NCBI GenBank assembly: GCA_964016885.1
Contig: OZ024742.1
Span: 215,326,001 to 215,390,000 of the forward strand
Length of the DNA: 64,000 nt
Source: Eledone cirrhosa
Lineage: Eukaryota
Reading direction: 5' to 3'
The translations under genes and the position numbers were made by a program. This document shows, one piece after another, positions 28,130 to 45,059 of the stretch (position 1 is the first letter of the stretch; the number at the start of each line of letters is the position of its first letter). The notes under the pieces were generated by a model. That model saw nothing but the letters and a program-made list of their open reading frames with translations, made no database searches and was not told the DNA's origin.

Positions 28130-29150
28130 CTTCTTCTTCTTCTTCTTCTTCTTCTTCTTCTTCTTCTTCTTCTTCTTCTTCTTCTTCTTCTTCTTCTTCT
28201 TTTTCCTCGTCCTTTTTGCTCAATTATTCATGAGAGGGTAGCGGGCGCAGATGTTTGGACACACGTTCCAGGAGGACCTATAAATAGCATACATTTCCTA
28301 AGTAATAAGGCTGGATTCCCACGCGAGACCAACTAAGCATATGAACGTCATCCAGCCATCTTACCTGATGTTTAACTTTGGGTAATCTGCTTTGCCCATA
28401 AAATGTAGCCTACTATTTCTTCGCCGGAAATTGTAACCAGATGTCCGTAGTAACGGTGTTGTCTCTTTTAGTTATAGAACAGCACACTGAGCGAGCTATG
28501 TACGATAATGCGTAACGTTACTCTAAAAGTTCTTCGACTCTACCCCATTTGGGCCGCATGTATTTATCGTTGCATTCTTTCTTTCATTATCCTAAGATTC
28601 ATAACCTAGGGTATGGGTGGTAAGAAATTTTAAATTGAAGAAAAATGGTTTAGCTTTTGCACTTACCTTCCTTCTTCCGATAACGTTGTGTTGAAGGTGG
28701 TGATTATTGCACCAGCTACAGCAATCGTTGCATTTAATTCTGTCGCCTATATTATCCACCTGTTTTAGTGATGTAACATCATTTATATGCAAAGTATCCT
28801 GGGTAGGCTTTCGCGAGAATGACTCAGTATTTCATGGCAATGAATTTCATTCCTGTCTTGCAGCATCCGGTAGCAAACATATCACGTGCATACCGGAGTT
28901 CACGCCCCAACGTGTTAAAAGTAGTAGCATGTCTATAAATATCATCCACCGTATTTGATACAATTGCCACCCCAGATAAGCATATCAGTCCTGTTCATGA
29001 AGATTATAACCAGGTGAAGAGACAATAGGCAAGACTAGCCTTGTTTAATACCAACATTGAATGGCTATAACTTAACCTCATTTTTCGAACACAAATATTA
29101 GGGCATGCGTAAAGTGGTTTAAAGGCAAGAAGATGTACATTATTCCCTAT
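28130..29150 (-). mobile_element. RTE-clade LINE 3' part with (GAA)n tail
   Basis: - strand pieces NVGIKQG, GYES.IMKERMQR.IHAAQMG, RWLDDVHMLSWSRVGIQP; homologous to 52390-53027; followed by (GAA)n. Confidence 0.75.
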
Positions 29151-29199
29151 TCCTGCAGAACAGAATAAATCACGCATCATAGCTCCTGAACTTCAAATA

Positions 29200-30770
29200 C
29201 TAATAGTGCAAGCTTGCAACTCAGTCAAAAATGACCTGAGAGAGGTGCTAAGCCCTGGCAAGCTGGGTGTGGGAATCAAGTGCGGATGTGCGGTTACAGC
29301 CTTTACGGCCAGTCATTTCATGGAACACGAGCCTCCTTCGACTCCACACTTCCTTGAGAAGCTGGATATAACAGATGCCTTCAAAAACTTTGGGCAGGAT
29401 CACTTTCTAGAGACGTGGCTCAGACGAGACCCCTCCATTTACCCCATAGCTTATATCATACGGAAGACCCAACTTACTTATTTCCGCTGAAAAACATGGT
29501 TGCTTCTTTACGTGTGTCTTGCAAGGAGACCACTCAGCATGCTCTTCTTTGTCCTGGCAGTTGAAGACATTGCCCACTCGGCCCAGTCGTCCTTCAACGT
29601 TTGGTACTTGGACGACGTGACACTGGGTAGCTCGATTGAGTCGGTAGATGAGGACCTTCGTCTTAATCTCTTCGAACTCGGGATCAACCCATCCAAGTCC
29701 GAAGTGAAAAACGTTACCTACGGAGAGGCGGAATTCCATGACCCCGTACTCTGAACACATCCCGTCTTATCCGGGAAAGACCAAAGACTCCGCCTGCATT
29801 CTCGGCTCTCCAATTCTCTTGAAAGCCATAAGACTGTATCTGGATACCAAGCACGCAGTCCTGTCTGGAATGGCAGAGAGGCTGTGACTCATTGACCCGT
29901 TGCTCTTCCTGTTGAGGAACTGCTTCGTCCTCCCCTAATTCTACTTCACGCTGCGCAGATAATCTCAGGAAACTCGACGCCACCATCCGAAGCTCTGCAT
30001 AACTCATTTCAATTATCAGTTTTGACAGCGCCAGTTGGCAACTGCTGAAGCTCCAAGCAATGTTCGGTAGCTTTACCGTCGGATTGAGTCTGGGTTGGAC
30101 CAACACCAGCTCACTTGCCTCCGTTCCGCTTCACAGCCAAACAGTGGTACGTAGCTCAATTCAAGGCCCTCCTCATTAAAACGTACGCTTGTTGATGAAG
30201 CGTGGCCAAACGTCTCGGCCACCACATGTGTGAGCCACATATATGGCTTTGTGGGGTTGTCGTTTGGCCTGTAACCACTATCATACCACCAGACACCTGG
30301 CATGTCGCTCTCATAACATATTGATAAAGAGCCTGGATTTCGCTGGCTTCCCATCACAACTGGGGCCAACAAGCCTTGACCGCAGAGACGCAACTACCAC
30401 TTTCCCATACTAAGGACGTAGATCCCTAATATGGGACACCACATTCTGTTTTCCGTCTGCAACATTGTCGTTTTGGCCCCAAACACCGGTACTCCGGCCC
30501 GCAACCCAGAGGAAAGGAAGAGAAACAAATACCGGGAATTGTACGTACGTTCGTTTCCTTTTCGCCCCGATCACCGTCGAGACCTCATTCGTCATCTGAC
30601 CCCGTACTGCAGAGTTCTTCCGCAAAACGGAAGTTCAGCAGCCCGACTGAGGTAGGAGCTCGGCGTTATGGGGTAGCTATTGCAGCGGGTGTCGCTGACC
30701 ATTTTCTGCGAAAATATTTCTGCAGATAGGCCCGCGGAGCGCAGCCCCAACACCACCACACACTAAGCTC
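29200..30770 (+). mobile_element. CRE-type non-LTR retrotransposon remnant (RT plus restriction-like endonuclease)
   Basis: LGVGIKCG, KLDITDAFKN, PLSMLFFVLAV..FNVWYLDDVTLG; C-terminal WDTT...EERKRNKYREL...VET...LLQRVSL. Confidence 0.8.
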
Positions 30771-33062
30771 TGAGTCCAAATTTCCTCTCTCCTTTCCCTT
30801 CCGTTTCTTCTGCGGCCCTAGAGTCCTTGCTTTTCAACACATTTTCCTCTTACTTATAGCTATTATAGACCTATGTAAAGCAGTTCAAGACTGGCGTATT
30901 TTCTACAGATACAGTATGAGCAGATGTCTTAAAATATCTAAAAATGGGTTTGTTAATTAAAATGTCTATATTGTTTTTACTAGTAGACAGGTATAATGAA
31001 AACTAATCTAAAAATGAAGAGCTGAATAACGAGTGTTGCTAACATTATTTTAGTGAAATATAGCTAAATAACAAAATAAAATAATAAAAGGAATGAAAGC
31101 TAACTGCATATCTACTCCTTCCATCACATAAAAAGTAGCACAGTAATTTCAAATATTAATAATAAGCAATCAGAGATATAACAAACTTCCTAATGACTTT
31201 GTCATAAACTATACATCAATATATATGTTATTATTACTGATTAAATTTAAAATATTTCAATGGTACCTAAGAGAATTATTAATCTCGCAAAAGCTACGGA
31301 TATTTATCGTATGACATACATTAAAACATGTACTGATATTAATATTAATATTAATAGTATGAGAGATGTTTCAATAACAACTAATCTATTGTGTACTAAA
31401 ACGCTGAATCCTAATTTCTCTTTGTGTGTGAGCTTATGCTGCAAAATTCCATTGTACCGTAAACATATTTCATCTAATGTTGACCTAAATGCAGGGCTTT
31501 CCACCGAAAATTACTTTACACTAGTGACTTAAAATACACTCTTGAAAATTAAAGAGCATATTTTATTACAAATATTTCAACACTCGTAAGTCATTTGTCA
31601 GCCATTAATAGAAGCGATAAAATAGAAACACGTGTTTAAACACACAGACACATACAGATTATAACGCAAGGCTTTGACACATAGGTATCAACGAAACACA
31701 TCAGAACACTGATGTGCAGTAAACTAATATTGAAAATATAAGACGACGGATAAAAATTTACTTGCAAACAATACATAGACACATTTATAAGATACATATT
31801 CAATATTAAGCACACACTCACATACATGCAAAACACACACACATGCATATACATACTTATATACACATACACACACAAACACACAAAACATAAGCACATA
31901 TGAAAGGATACAGGTTCGAACGGAAAATTAATATGAAATTAGAAATAAGCACATGACATGCAAACGTAATACGTAAGTACATATATGAGCATCAGCATGG
32001 TTAACGCTACAAAACATTTGATCAGAATTGTTTTTTTTTTATTGATTTGGTCTAGATGAACATCTTCCGAGAGAAATGACCCGGAACTACACATCAGCAA
32101 CTATGTACTTCCAATTTGGAAATGGCGGTAGCTTTATTAAAAACACCGTCACACATGAAATTAACACCCCTAACAACTGCAACATCAAAAAATATTAGCA
32201 GCAATAGCAAATGAAAGAGCCACTGTATGATCGATTCACCCGCTAATAGCAGCATAAACTACATCTCAAATAACAGATTGCCATATTTAAAAAAAGACTT
32301 TTGCCCAAAATATAAGGTGGATATGTCAGGAATAGAACATATGGCATCATATCATCTAACCTTACAGGGTAATCTGCACGAATAGCAACTTTTTAAAAGG
32401 CAAGTCCCATTAGATATAGAGAATAAAAATATTTTGAAACTTTTTACGCAAATGCATGAAACGTCACTTTCTCAGTTTATACACTTCGCCATTTCATACT
32501 TTTTCACGCTTCACATTTGTATGAAACCACTAAAGTAGAATGTTTAGCCAAATGCATTATTGATGTGAGTGCCAGACATATTGTTGCAAGATATAAAAGA
32601 AAAATGTAAAATTTCATCGAGTGCAGTGGAACTTGTCAAAGTAATATTAAAAAGCGACAAAACCCATTTAACTAATGCGAAGCGTTTTAACACAATCTCA
32701 ACCACTCATTTATATTCATCAAATTGCTATCATCTCTAACCTATTTAGATTTATTACTGAAAGTAAATAAGCGGATCAAATTATTAAAATGTTTGTCACC
32801 TTGTAATAAGTAACAGGAACATCTAGTAAATAATGCACGGACAGGAAAGCACTATGTCCTTTATTATTTGTATAAGTGAAGAAAAATGTGTTAATGGAAA
32901 ATAATTGTAATAATTTACTATGAATGAAAGCAACACTTCTTTGAAGATGAAAATCTGTGCAAGATAATTTCTAGAAAATTAATAGGTCCTTATTTCAGCG
33001 GAGAATAATGTGTCTTTATTGCATGCATATATACGTTATATTTGCGCGTGTGTCGGTCCCTA

Positions 33063-33119
<57 letters not shown>

Positions 33120-33123
<4 letters not shown>

Positions 33124-33251
33124 ATAATAATAAATTTGAAGACTAAAATCCAAAGAGGGCTCGATAAGGATAACTATATATCAAATATATAAGAACCCCC
33201 GTTAAGGGTGAAAGCAGCGATTCTTTGCTTAAACTTTAATCTGTTATTTTA

Positions 33252-33257
<6 letters not shown>
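33120..33257. mobile_element. Short rearranged PLE-end fragment (family of 58049-60121)
   Basis: Inverted tail segment joined to cccgttaagggtgaaagcagcgattc...ttattttaataaata, between TA tracts. Confidence 0.7.
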
Positions 33258-33293
<36 letters not shown>

Positions 33294-33454
33294 AATGAGT
33301 GAAGAATAACAGGGATCGGCTGTACAATAGGGTTTAATCAACGTACTGACAAATATATATATTATGATTACTATTTAATCAGCAAAACTTTGTCGCCGCT
33401 GAAACTAGCAAGATGAGTTAGGATAAAACAATATATTATAAGGAGTTCTGCCAA

Positions 33455-33800
33455 TAGTTTTCTGGGGAAGCGAAAGTCAATGCGACTCAGTGCATTATTT
33501 GTAATTTATTTTATCGAACCGTAAAAATGAAAGGCTAAATTAACATCGGTGGGATTTGAGATGAGAATGTCAATGGGCGTAACTTTATGCCAGAAAGTAT
33601 ATTGTACTGCCAATCAAACGGCCTCACATATAATGGCTTCTGATTTAGGCACAAGTCCAATAATTTTAGCGGTGTGGATCTTGATGGCATCATCCTCAGT
33701 ATTTGACAGGTGCATTATTTCATTGATCTCGGAAGGATGACAATCAATGTTGACCTCGGTTGAACTTGAACTCAGAAAGAGTCAGAATAAATACGTCGAG
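33455..33800 (-). mobile_element. Two degenerate tRNA-derived SINEs
   Basis: tttattttatcgaaccgtaaaaatgaaaggc and ggaaggatgacaatcaatgttgacctcgg...gaactcag. Confidence 0.65.
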
Positions 33801-34020
33801 GCAATGAAGCTGTACACAGTTCGGAGCGATATTATGTGTTCTTATGCAAATCCGTTTATCCACTATCACACGTATTGTGTCCGCTACGATGCAGGTTCCT
33901 TTATGCAACATACGATTTCTGTATAATCATTCAGGGAAACGATATATCCAATATTCTGGCTCGTTATAATTATTGTATATATATATATCTATATATCTAT
34001 ATATACATACATACATACGT

Positions 34021-34066
<46 letters not shown>

Positions 34067-34122
34067 GTTGTATATATACACACATACACATGCACGCACA
34101 CACACACAAACAAACAAACAAA

Positions 34123-34185
<63 letters not shown>

Positions 34186-34662
34186 ATATATATATATATA
34201 TATATGATAGTAAAAAAGAAAAATATAGAAGAAAGTGTTAAAGGGATGTTCTCTCAGAATAGCAGAAAAACATTTATTTACAAAACAGGAAGTTCCGCGT
34301 TATTCGTACCGGTTTCAACTCCTAGGTCTCTTCATGCGACGGAAGTGCATAATGCAATTAAGTTGCATATTAAAAGAATATGGGAATAATTTCGGAAGGG
34401 CATAATGCAATTAAGTTGCATTTTAAAAGAATATGGGAATAATTTATTTTTACATACATATACATATATAGAAAAATTCACATATTTGTCTGAAGTTATC
34501 TGCCTTTCTCTCTTGGTGTTGACCTTACCTATGACAACCAGTAGAGTCGAGGCCAACAGCTTCAACAGAAGGACCTGATTCTCACCTGCTATTCCCACTA
34601 TTAATGGTGAGAAAACTAAGGTCAACATCGAAAGAGAAACTACAGGTAAAAATGTGAATTAC

Positions 34663-34736
<74 letters not shown>

Positions 34737-35329
34737 AGATCAAATGATGGTTAAAAGAGTTCCATGTATTTTATTATACGCATTTCAAAAACAAATATCA
34801 TCATGCAATAATATTTGTGTTTTCATTAGATAAAATAGGAAGACATGATGTGAAGGTTAAAAAACAATTGTGAATAGTGCAGTTTTTAATCAACATATGA
34901 AAAGTAGTTTTAGATTGATGTGTGATATTCTTAATAACTTGATAACTTCGCGGTGGAATTTATCGTGACGATGGACTCTTTACTATCTTAAATTGCAACA
35001 TAGTTAACATTAATATTATTAAGAACAATATACGTAATTTCTTTAACCAACATAACTTAAAAATTGAATTTGATAACAGCATCAAACTAGCTAATTTCTT
35101 GGATGTATCTCTTAATCTTGACACTGGCCTATATTACCCTTACCATAAAAACAATGAGAACCTAAATTATGTTAATTTTAGATCTAACCACCCCACTAAT
35201 ATTAAGAATGCTATAGTTAGTAATATTGGAAAAAGAATATCTAACCTATCTTCTAATACAAATATATTTAATGCTAACTTATTCATGCTCATCTCACAAT
35301 ATATACTTACTTACATTACTTTTGTTTTT

Positions 35330-35505
35330 TTAATAATACATATCAACATTTTCTTCCCATCGCACATATTATTAAACCCTTAAATATTATTCTTAATACA
35401 TATTAACATTTTCTTTCCATCGCACATATTATTAAACCCTTAAATATTATTCTTAATACATATTAACATTTTCTTTTCATCGCACATATTATTAAACTCT
35501 TCAAT
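35330..35505. repeat. About 60-bp tandem repeat, 3 units
   Basis: taatacatattaacattttctt..catcgcacatattattaaaccct repeated with period 60. Confidence 0.85.
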
Positions 35506-35882
35506 ATACAAACCTTAACTTTACATTATTTTTCTCTTCGTTAATTTTCAAATTCTTTTAATTTATACATTATCTTCCAACGGTTTTTCAACCTCTCTAT
35601 GTAAAACAATATATTTTTCTCAGTTATAAAAGCTATCTCTCTCTCTCTCTCTCTCTCTGTCACCCATCTCTCCTCCTATCTCATCCTTCCTCATTATACT
35701 CCTCCCCCTCCACTTTTTACTCTCATCTCCTCCTCTTTTTCATCCTTTCCACCCCCCCACCCCCACCCCCCATCAATTTTTTTTTTCCTCAATATCACAC
35801 ATCAATCTAAAACTATTTTTCATATGTTGATTCAAAACTGCACTATTCACAAGTGTTTTTTAACCTTCATATCATGTCTTCC

Positions 35883-35950
35883 TATTTTATCTGATGAAAA
35901 AACAAATATTGCATGATGATTTTTGTTTTTGAAATGCGCATAATAAAATA
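35883..35950 (+). ncRNA. Type I hammerhead ribozyme
   Basis: tattttat-CTGATGA-aaaaacaaa...tttgttttt-GAAA-TGCGCA-TA-ataaaata; 8-bp stem I, palindromic stem III; decayed copies at 34767-34837(-), 48231-48301(-), 51143-51213(+). Confidence 0.88.
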
Positions 35951-36098
35951 CATGGAACTCTTTTAACCATCTTTTGATCTTATATATTATGTATACTCCA
36001 GTCCTACAAACTGTAGAGTGCTTCTTATCCGATATCTGCATTGCTTTATTGTACTACAATAAAACTCACCTCCTACATATATATATATATATATATAT

Positions 36099-38625
<2,527 letters not shown>

Positions 38626-38697
38626 CGGAATAAGTAAACATTAAACAATCTTTTAAATAAATTAAAATACGATTTAAATATTTACCTCTTCTATCGA

Positions 38698-38771
38698 CAT
38701 GACCGACGGTTTCGCTAATCAAAAGATTTGAAATTCAGAGATTTTCAAATGGAAATATCGCTCTTCAGATA
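38698..38771 (-). ncRNA. Type I hammerhead ribozyme, long stem II
   Basis: Reverse complement tat-CTGAAGA-gc...atttgaaa/tttcaaat...gc-GAAA-CC-gtc-GG-TC-atg; GUC triplet. Confidence 0.72.
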
Positions 38772-39104
38772 GCTTTTCTAAACCTACTAGATATAAATCC
38801 CTTTAGATGTGGATGTGTCGCTTTCTGCCCGGTGAATGAATGAAGCCGTTAAAATGACCAGCACACAAGTGGGCTGTTAGAAAGAGAGGGAATAATAGAC
38901 TAGTTGATATTTCATGTTACTACTAGAAATAGCAACATGATACAACATTTTTTCTCAACATTAAGGAGAATTCAGATAAATGATATAGATATCCCAGAAG
39001 GTACTAAGTACCCACGGAAATATATATGGTGTCTATAATAGTGGTTGTTCCATGTTTCTAATTTGAGATACCAGAACTTTAAATATGAGTGGATGAATTT
39101 CCGG

Positions 39105-40165
39105 TTGGTTGGCTGGTTCGATGACCGCGAGGTTGTTTATATATTGCCAAAGCTCTTTCGTCACACATTCTGTGACCACCTCAGTGACTGGGTTTTTATT
39201 TTGTGTCTTTCCTTTTTTAGTCCTACAGCATCTTGTTTTTGTGTGTTGTGTGTTATGTGCTTACTTTGCGCATGCGTCTTATCCGGGTGTGTGTGTGTTT
39301 TAATTTATCTATTTATGTGTTTATTTATTTGTCACTAGTTGGTTGTTTGTTCTATCTCTGTGTGTATGAATTGTTTTGTTAGTTTGCAAAATTAGGAAAA
39401 TAGTATATAGCATAAGATGTATTGAGGGACAGTGTAAGAATAAGAACAAATATACATAGGTGAAACAGCCCATAGCATAGGAGAAGTGATAGGTGAACAC
39501 TGGTGAGAACTCCATGATAGGAAAAACTCCTCAGTACTCCACCAACATGCCAAAATAGAACATAGGGTCACATTAAAAAACATAGTGATAAAAGTTATAT
39601 CCACACACAGAAAAGATGCAATGCTCAGGAAAATCACAGAGGCAACAAATATAAAAGAACTCCAACCGAAATTACACAAAGAAATAAACGAGTGCTATTG
39701 CAACATCGCAACTAGTAATTAAAGACAAAATGAAAACATACAGACACACACAACAACCACATTAACAAAATAAATCACACACACACAGGCATACCAAGCA
39801 ACCAGTTAGTGACAAATAAATAAACACATAAATAAATTAAAACACACACTCTCACACGGATGTAACGCATGCGCAAACTAAGCACGCAACACACAACATA
39901 AATACAAGATGGTGTAGGACTGAACAAAGGAGAGACACAAAATAAAAACCCAGTTACTGAGGATGTCACAGAATGTGTGACGAAAGAGATTTGAAAATAT
40001 ATAAACAACCTTCCGATTATCGAACCAGAAATGTATAATAAATTGAAGTGAAAACGAACAGGTGTGTTTGTTTTTATTGGCAGCATGACCCTCCCAAGGT
40101 ATAACAATATCTGTTTCAACACACGTTTTAAGATAAATATTTGTGCAAAAGAAATTGAAAAACGA
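39105..40165 (+). mobile_element. PLE fold-back with GIY-YIG endonuclease remnant
   Basis: Arms about 39105-39370 / 39765-40030; centre encodes IVYSIRCIEGQC..YIGETA...LRKITEATNIKELQPKL; hammerhead motifs at 39146-39188(-) and 39953-39995(+). Confidence 0.85.
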
Positions 40166-40994
40166 AGTATATATATATATATATATATGGGGGGGGGTGT
40201 ACGTGCGTGTGTGTATGTGTGTGTCTGTGTGTGTCTGTTTGAATATATAGATACACGTGACTATATATAAGCATACATAGGTATATGTATGTTTGTGGAG
40301 GGTATATATTTATACATGCACACACACATACATATATAGACAAGGACATATTTTAATAGAGAGAGAGAGAGAGGGAGGGGTGGGACAAACAGTGGCAGAG
40401 GTGAAAGCGTGATTAATTTTATTCCATAATTAGAATGTTAAACGGACGATTACATGTAAATGTTTAGTTGAATACTTTGAAAGGGATTGGAAAATGATAA
40501 GAGAATCTGAATAGATTATATAAACAATACAAAGCTCATGGAATGAGAATTTGAAAAAAAAAATGATAATAATATATGAAACATATAAAATAATGAATTT
40601 ATTGAGCAAGACATCTGAGTGCGGGAAGCGAGAATATATATTTTAAGATTTAGGAAATGTTACAGGAAATATATAAAAGATACATTTCAATGAAATATTT
40701 CAACTCTATGAACTTTATTTGTTCAGTCTAAGAATTAATAAACGAAAACAGAATTGAATAACAGTTTTCATATCGAAATATGAAATAATGAATAACGGAT
40801 AAAAAACAAATTGACTTGCAAAAGAACGTGACTCATCGCGTAAATATATGAAAGCACTAGAACGACTACGATAAACAAAACAACAACAAACACACCATTT
40901 ATATTACTACTAGGATCGAACCTGGTGTCTAACGATTGCAAAGCGAAATTTAAACAGCTGGCGGTAACGCATCCATTATCCTTTCATCATTCCA

Positions 40995-41172
40995 ATAATT
41001 GTTTTATTCTTGGCACAAAGCCAGCAATTATCCCAGTGTATTACTGTCACTTTATTTTATCGACCCTGTAAGGATGAGGCAAAGTTAACCTCAACTTGAT
41101 TTGAACTCAGACCGTAAAGGGACGTAACTATGCTAGAAATCAGGGCGTCTGAGCTTCTACCGTAACTACCAA
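40995..41172 (-). mobile_element. tRNA-derived SINE
   Basis: Family sequence match. Confidence 0.8.
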
Positions 41173-41551
41173 ATGTTGTATAAAGGTACAGAAAAGCTGA
41201 TCGATCTTAACACTATTGTCGTAACAAATGAACTCGAATGTTGTAACAATTACGTTAACTCACCGCTATCGCCTTCTGCTTTATGTTCTTTATAAAGGCA
41301 CATACTTTATGTTATCGAGCACAAAAGGATGAAAGCAGTCTTGAATATGACTGTCTTCATTTTTGTTTCCAGTTTTTATTTATGCAACACATACATACCT
41401 ACGCACGCGCACATGGACACAATAAATATACAAGAACGCATACACACACAAACAGGCACACAGACACACAGATACACACACACATATATATATATATGGT
41501 ATAGTAATAATAATAAATGTAAAGACTAAACTTATATATATATATATAGCT

Positions 41552-41658
<107 letters not shown>

Positions 41659-41723
41659 TATATATATACACGCTATATATATATATATATAAGTTTAGTC
41701 TTTACATTTATAATATATATATC

Positions 41724-41771
<48 letters not shown>

Positions 41772-42086
41772 GCGATATATATTTACATAACAGGCGTAAG
41801 TATGTATGTATACATGGACATACATTAATGTGTGTATATATACACAAGCATATATGTATATAATTTTCATAGATACACTTACACGTATGTGTATACGTGT
41901 CTGCATATGCTATCTGTACATTTGAAAAAAATATAAAGCTTAAACATGAGAATAAACACAGACACGTTAAAGATAGAAGTATTGTTTAGCTCGACTTATC
42001 TTCAATAGACACTTTTAGTACAATAAAAGACGAAAACAAATATTAATGTCAAATGAATAATATCTCTGTACTTCATCTCTGTTATA

Positions 42087-42121
<35 letters not shown>

Positions 42122-42155
42122 CTCTCCCCTCTCTCTCCCTCTCTCTATCTCTATA

Positions 42156-42200
<45 letters not shown>

Positions 42201-42288
42201 CTCTGTTTCGTACTATCTCTTATTGTAGTTTCGTCGCTCTATTTTCTCTTCATTCTCTCGTTCCTTCACTCATTTTCCACCGTCGCTC

Positions 42289-42383
<95 letters not shown>

Positions 42384-42839
42384 TTGTGTGGGGGGGGGGC
42401 ATGTGTGTGTGCGTGCGCGTGTGTATGTGTGCGTGTGTGTCTGTTTAGGTGTAAATGTATTTGTTTTTGTGTGTCTCTCTCTGTGCATGCATATATACAT
42501 GCATATATATACGTATATGTGTGTGTGTGTTTATATGATTATATATATCCATGGGCACATAAAGATCATACATACATACGTACATACATTTATTTTACTT
42601 TATTTAAGAGTTAAATTCGTGAAGAAAGGTATTTATCAAGTGACGTGTAATTAATGTCTGTAGTGATTTATCTTCATTTCTACCCCTTACGAAGCCATCA
42701 TTGTCACGAATATTAATAGGATATTGAACATATTAAAATAAACTATTAATTATAGTTCCGATGGGAATTTGTTTACATTGGAACACCATATTTCTAGTAA
42801 GAGTTAAGTCCGACGCTATTCACGTAGCATCCAATAAAT

Positions 42840-43050
42840 ATTTCTTATTTAGGTACAAGACGAACACATTTGGGGGAGGCGAAAATTGATTAAACTGACC
42901 TCATTCCATTACTGGTACTTTATTTTATCTACCACGAAAGGATGAAAGGCAAAGATAACCTCAGTGGTGTTTGAACTCAGAATGCAAAGGGCCGTATCTT
43001 TATGCCGCAAAGTATATTGTCAGACGCTCTACTGATATTAACAATCCAAT
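42840..43050 (-). mobile_element. tRNA-derived SINE (variant 3' end)
   Basis: actggtactttattttatctaccacgaaaggatgaaaggcaaagataacctc...gaactcag. Confidence 0.75.
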
Positions 43051-43645
43051 AAATTGCTGTTTCTTAGCAACAATTATTTGGCAAACCCGAAGCTATGATA
43101 CCGTCTGCATTCGACGCTTAGATCCAGCTACTGATCGAAGTGAAAATAATTCAATGTTTAGAGAAAGTGAAACTTTTTTAGAAATAATTTTAATCGCATA
43201 AACTGTCAGATATAACTTAAAGCTGTCTGCGCTATAATTAATGCTGTAATAGAATGTCTTACAAGATTTCGTGTGTAAATGTTTTATAAAGATGTGAACG
43301 TGTGAGGCAAACACACTCAGCTCAGCCTATTAATATTTGAAATATGTCCTAATTAAATCGAATAGAATAGTGGTAGGAATCTAGATTCATTCAATATTAC
43401 GTAAACAATAATTTATGCAGATTATTTGCATTCAAGGCAGATAATAGTAACATAGTTTCTATTTGAAAAGGAAAGTGTTATAATAGACATGGCGATTTTA
43501 AACGGAATAATTTCGCGTGAACGTAGGAATGTTTTGTTAGTTACAAATCATGCTGAGTAAAGCAATTTCTTGTAGTGTATTTATACAAATCCTCAAACAG
43601 ACATCTAAACATATACTTATATATCTTTCTTTCTCTGTATATATA

Positions 43646-44914
43646 CAGGATGATCATACAGTCTTTCCCTGATTATAAAATACGGATACTATTTGAGATT
43701 ATATTTTTTTATTATTTTAATTCATGAATTTTAAGTTTAAAGATTTTCTGAAAATGTTTTATATTTTCTCATCTAGAGGAAGTAGCTCAGTGTGTTTTGA
43801 GGTTTCACAAACCAAAGTCGGCAATTAAGGTTCAACGAAACTTTAGGAAAGAATAGGGATAAATTCCACCATACGTTGAAAGTATTAAGAACACGTATGA
43901 CAAGATTAAAGAGGCTGGCAGCATGGGTGGCCTCAAAAGAATTGGCAGGCTAAGAATAAGTGAAGAAAATGTTGATGCTGTGCATATTGCTTGTCAATGA
44001 GGCCCTAAGAAATCAACTGGCAGAGCTTCAAGCGAACTGGGAATACCACATAGTACAGTTGTTAAGATTTGGCAAAAATGCCTCATTCGTAAGCTTACAA
44101 AGTGCAAGTTGTTGAAGCTGTGCAACCAAACGATTTTCCCCTTTGCTACGGAATTTCTTCATCGAATTGATAAGGACAAGGATTACCTTAAGCACGTTGC
44201 TTTTTCTGATGAGTCTACTTTTCAGATATCAGGAAAATGTATTAGACACAATATGCAAATGGAGACAATGGTAAAGTAAATGGTTGGTGCTGTCTGATGC
44301 ATAACATAGTCATTGGACCATTCTTCTTTGCTGAATCTACCATTTCAGCAAACAATTACCTGGACATACAGGAGCATTATGCTATACGCGTTTGGCAGAG
44401 TTTCAGCCACAGATAGTCTTCCAACAATATGGGGCTCCTCCACATTGGAGCCTACGTGTCCGTCAGTTTTGAATGCAACCTTTCCAAGCAGCTAGATTAG
44501 GAAGGGTGGTCCAAAACTATGGCCTCCATGCATGTTTGCCAGATAATACTCAGCTTGACTGAGTGATATCTGGCACACTTTGATACACGTTGCCCCCTCA
44601 CGTACCTCAATTCAATCAATAGCTTGACTGAATGGACGTACGTGAGGGGGTATCATGCGATCGTGAGGCAAGGATATCTGAAGAAACAGCATCTGTAAAC
44701 AGTTGATGTTTCAGAACACAAGGCGTGAAATTGAATATATCACTCAGATGTGCTCCGAGTGAAGAGTGGGGCCCATGTTCATGTTCACAGAAGTTCATCT
44801 GGGAAAGATAACTTCCAGACATATGCAATAACTGTGACAAAAAGTGTTTTTCTATCTTGTTTATGTTTTGATTAATAAAAGTTTATAATCAGGGAATGTC
44901 TTTATCTCACGCTG
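43646..44914 (+). mobile_element. Tc1/mariner-superfamily transposon (maT-like), full length but decayed
   Basis: TIRs sharing ttccctgattataaa, TA flanks; translation KVQRNFRK, GPKKSTGRASSELGIP, FSDESTF, IGPFFF, FQQYGAPPH, LWPP. Confidence 0.88.
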
Positions 44915-44916
44915 TA

Positions 44917-44997
<81 letters not shown>

Positions 44998-45059
44998 GAA
45001 GTAATTCCGTCGGAAAAGTTCAGGAAAAAAGAGTGCTCTATGTAGGTAACAGAGCTTAA

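Larger units (their letters stand above)
34733..36077 (+). mobile_element. PLE derivative with inverted pLTRs and RT remnant
   Basis: Arms 34733-34928 / 35791-35985; GGIYRDDGL...NFLDVSLNLDTGLYYPYHK...SNHPTNIK...KRISNLSS at about 34950-35280; 3' tail 35986-36077. Confidence 0.9.

Noticed and set aside
28592-28792. Cys-rich - strand ORF with a strong GTAAGT donor, suggesting a host exon
   Set aside because: Lies within the RTE LINE remnant
40905-40970. tRNA-like sequence on - (ggttcgatcc T-loop)
   Set aside because: Acceptor and D arms do not pair; likely a decayed SINE head
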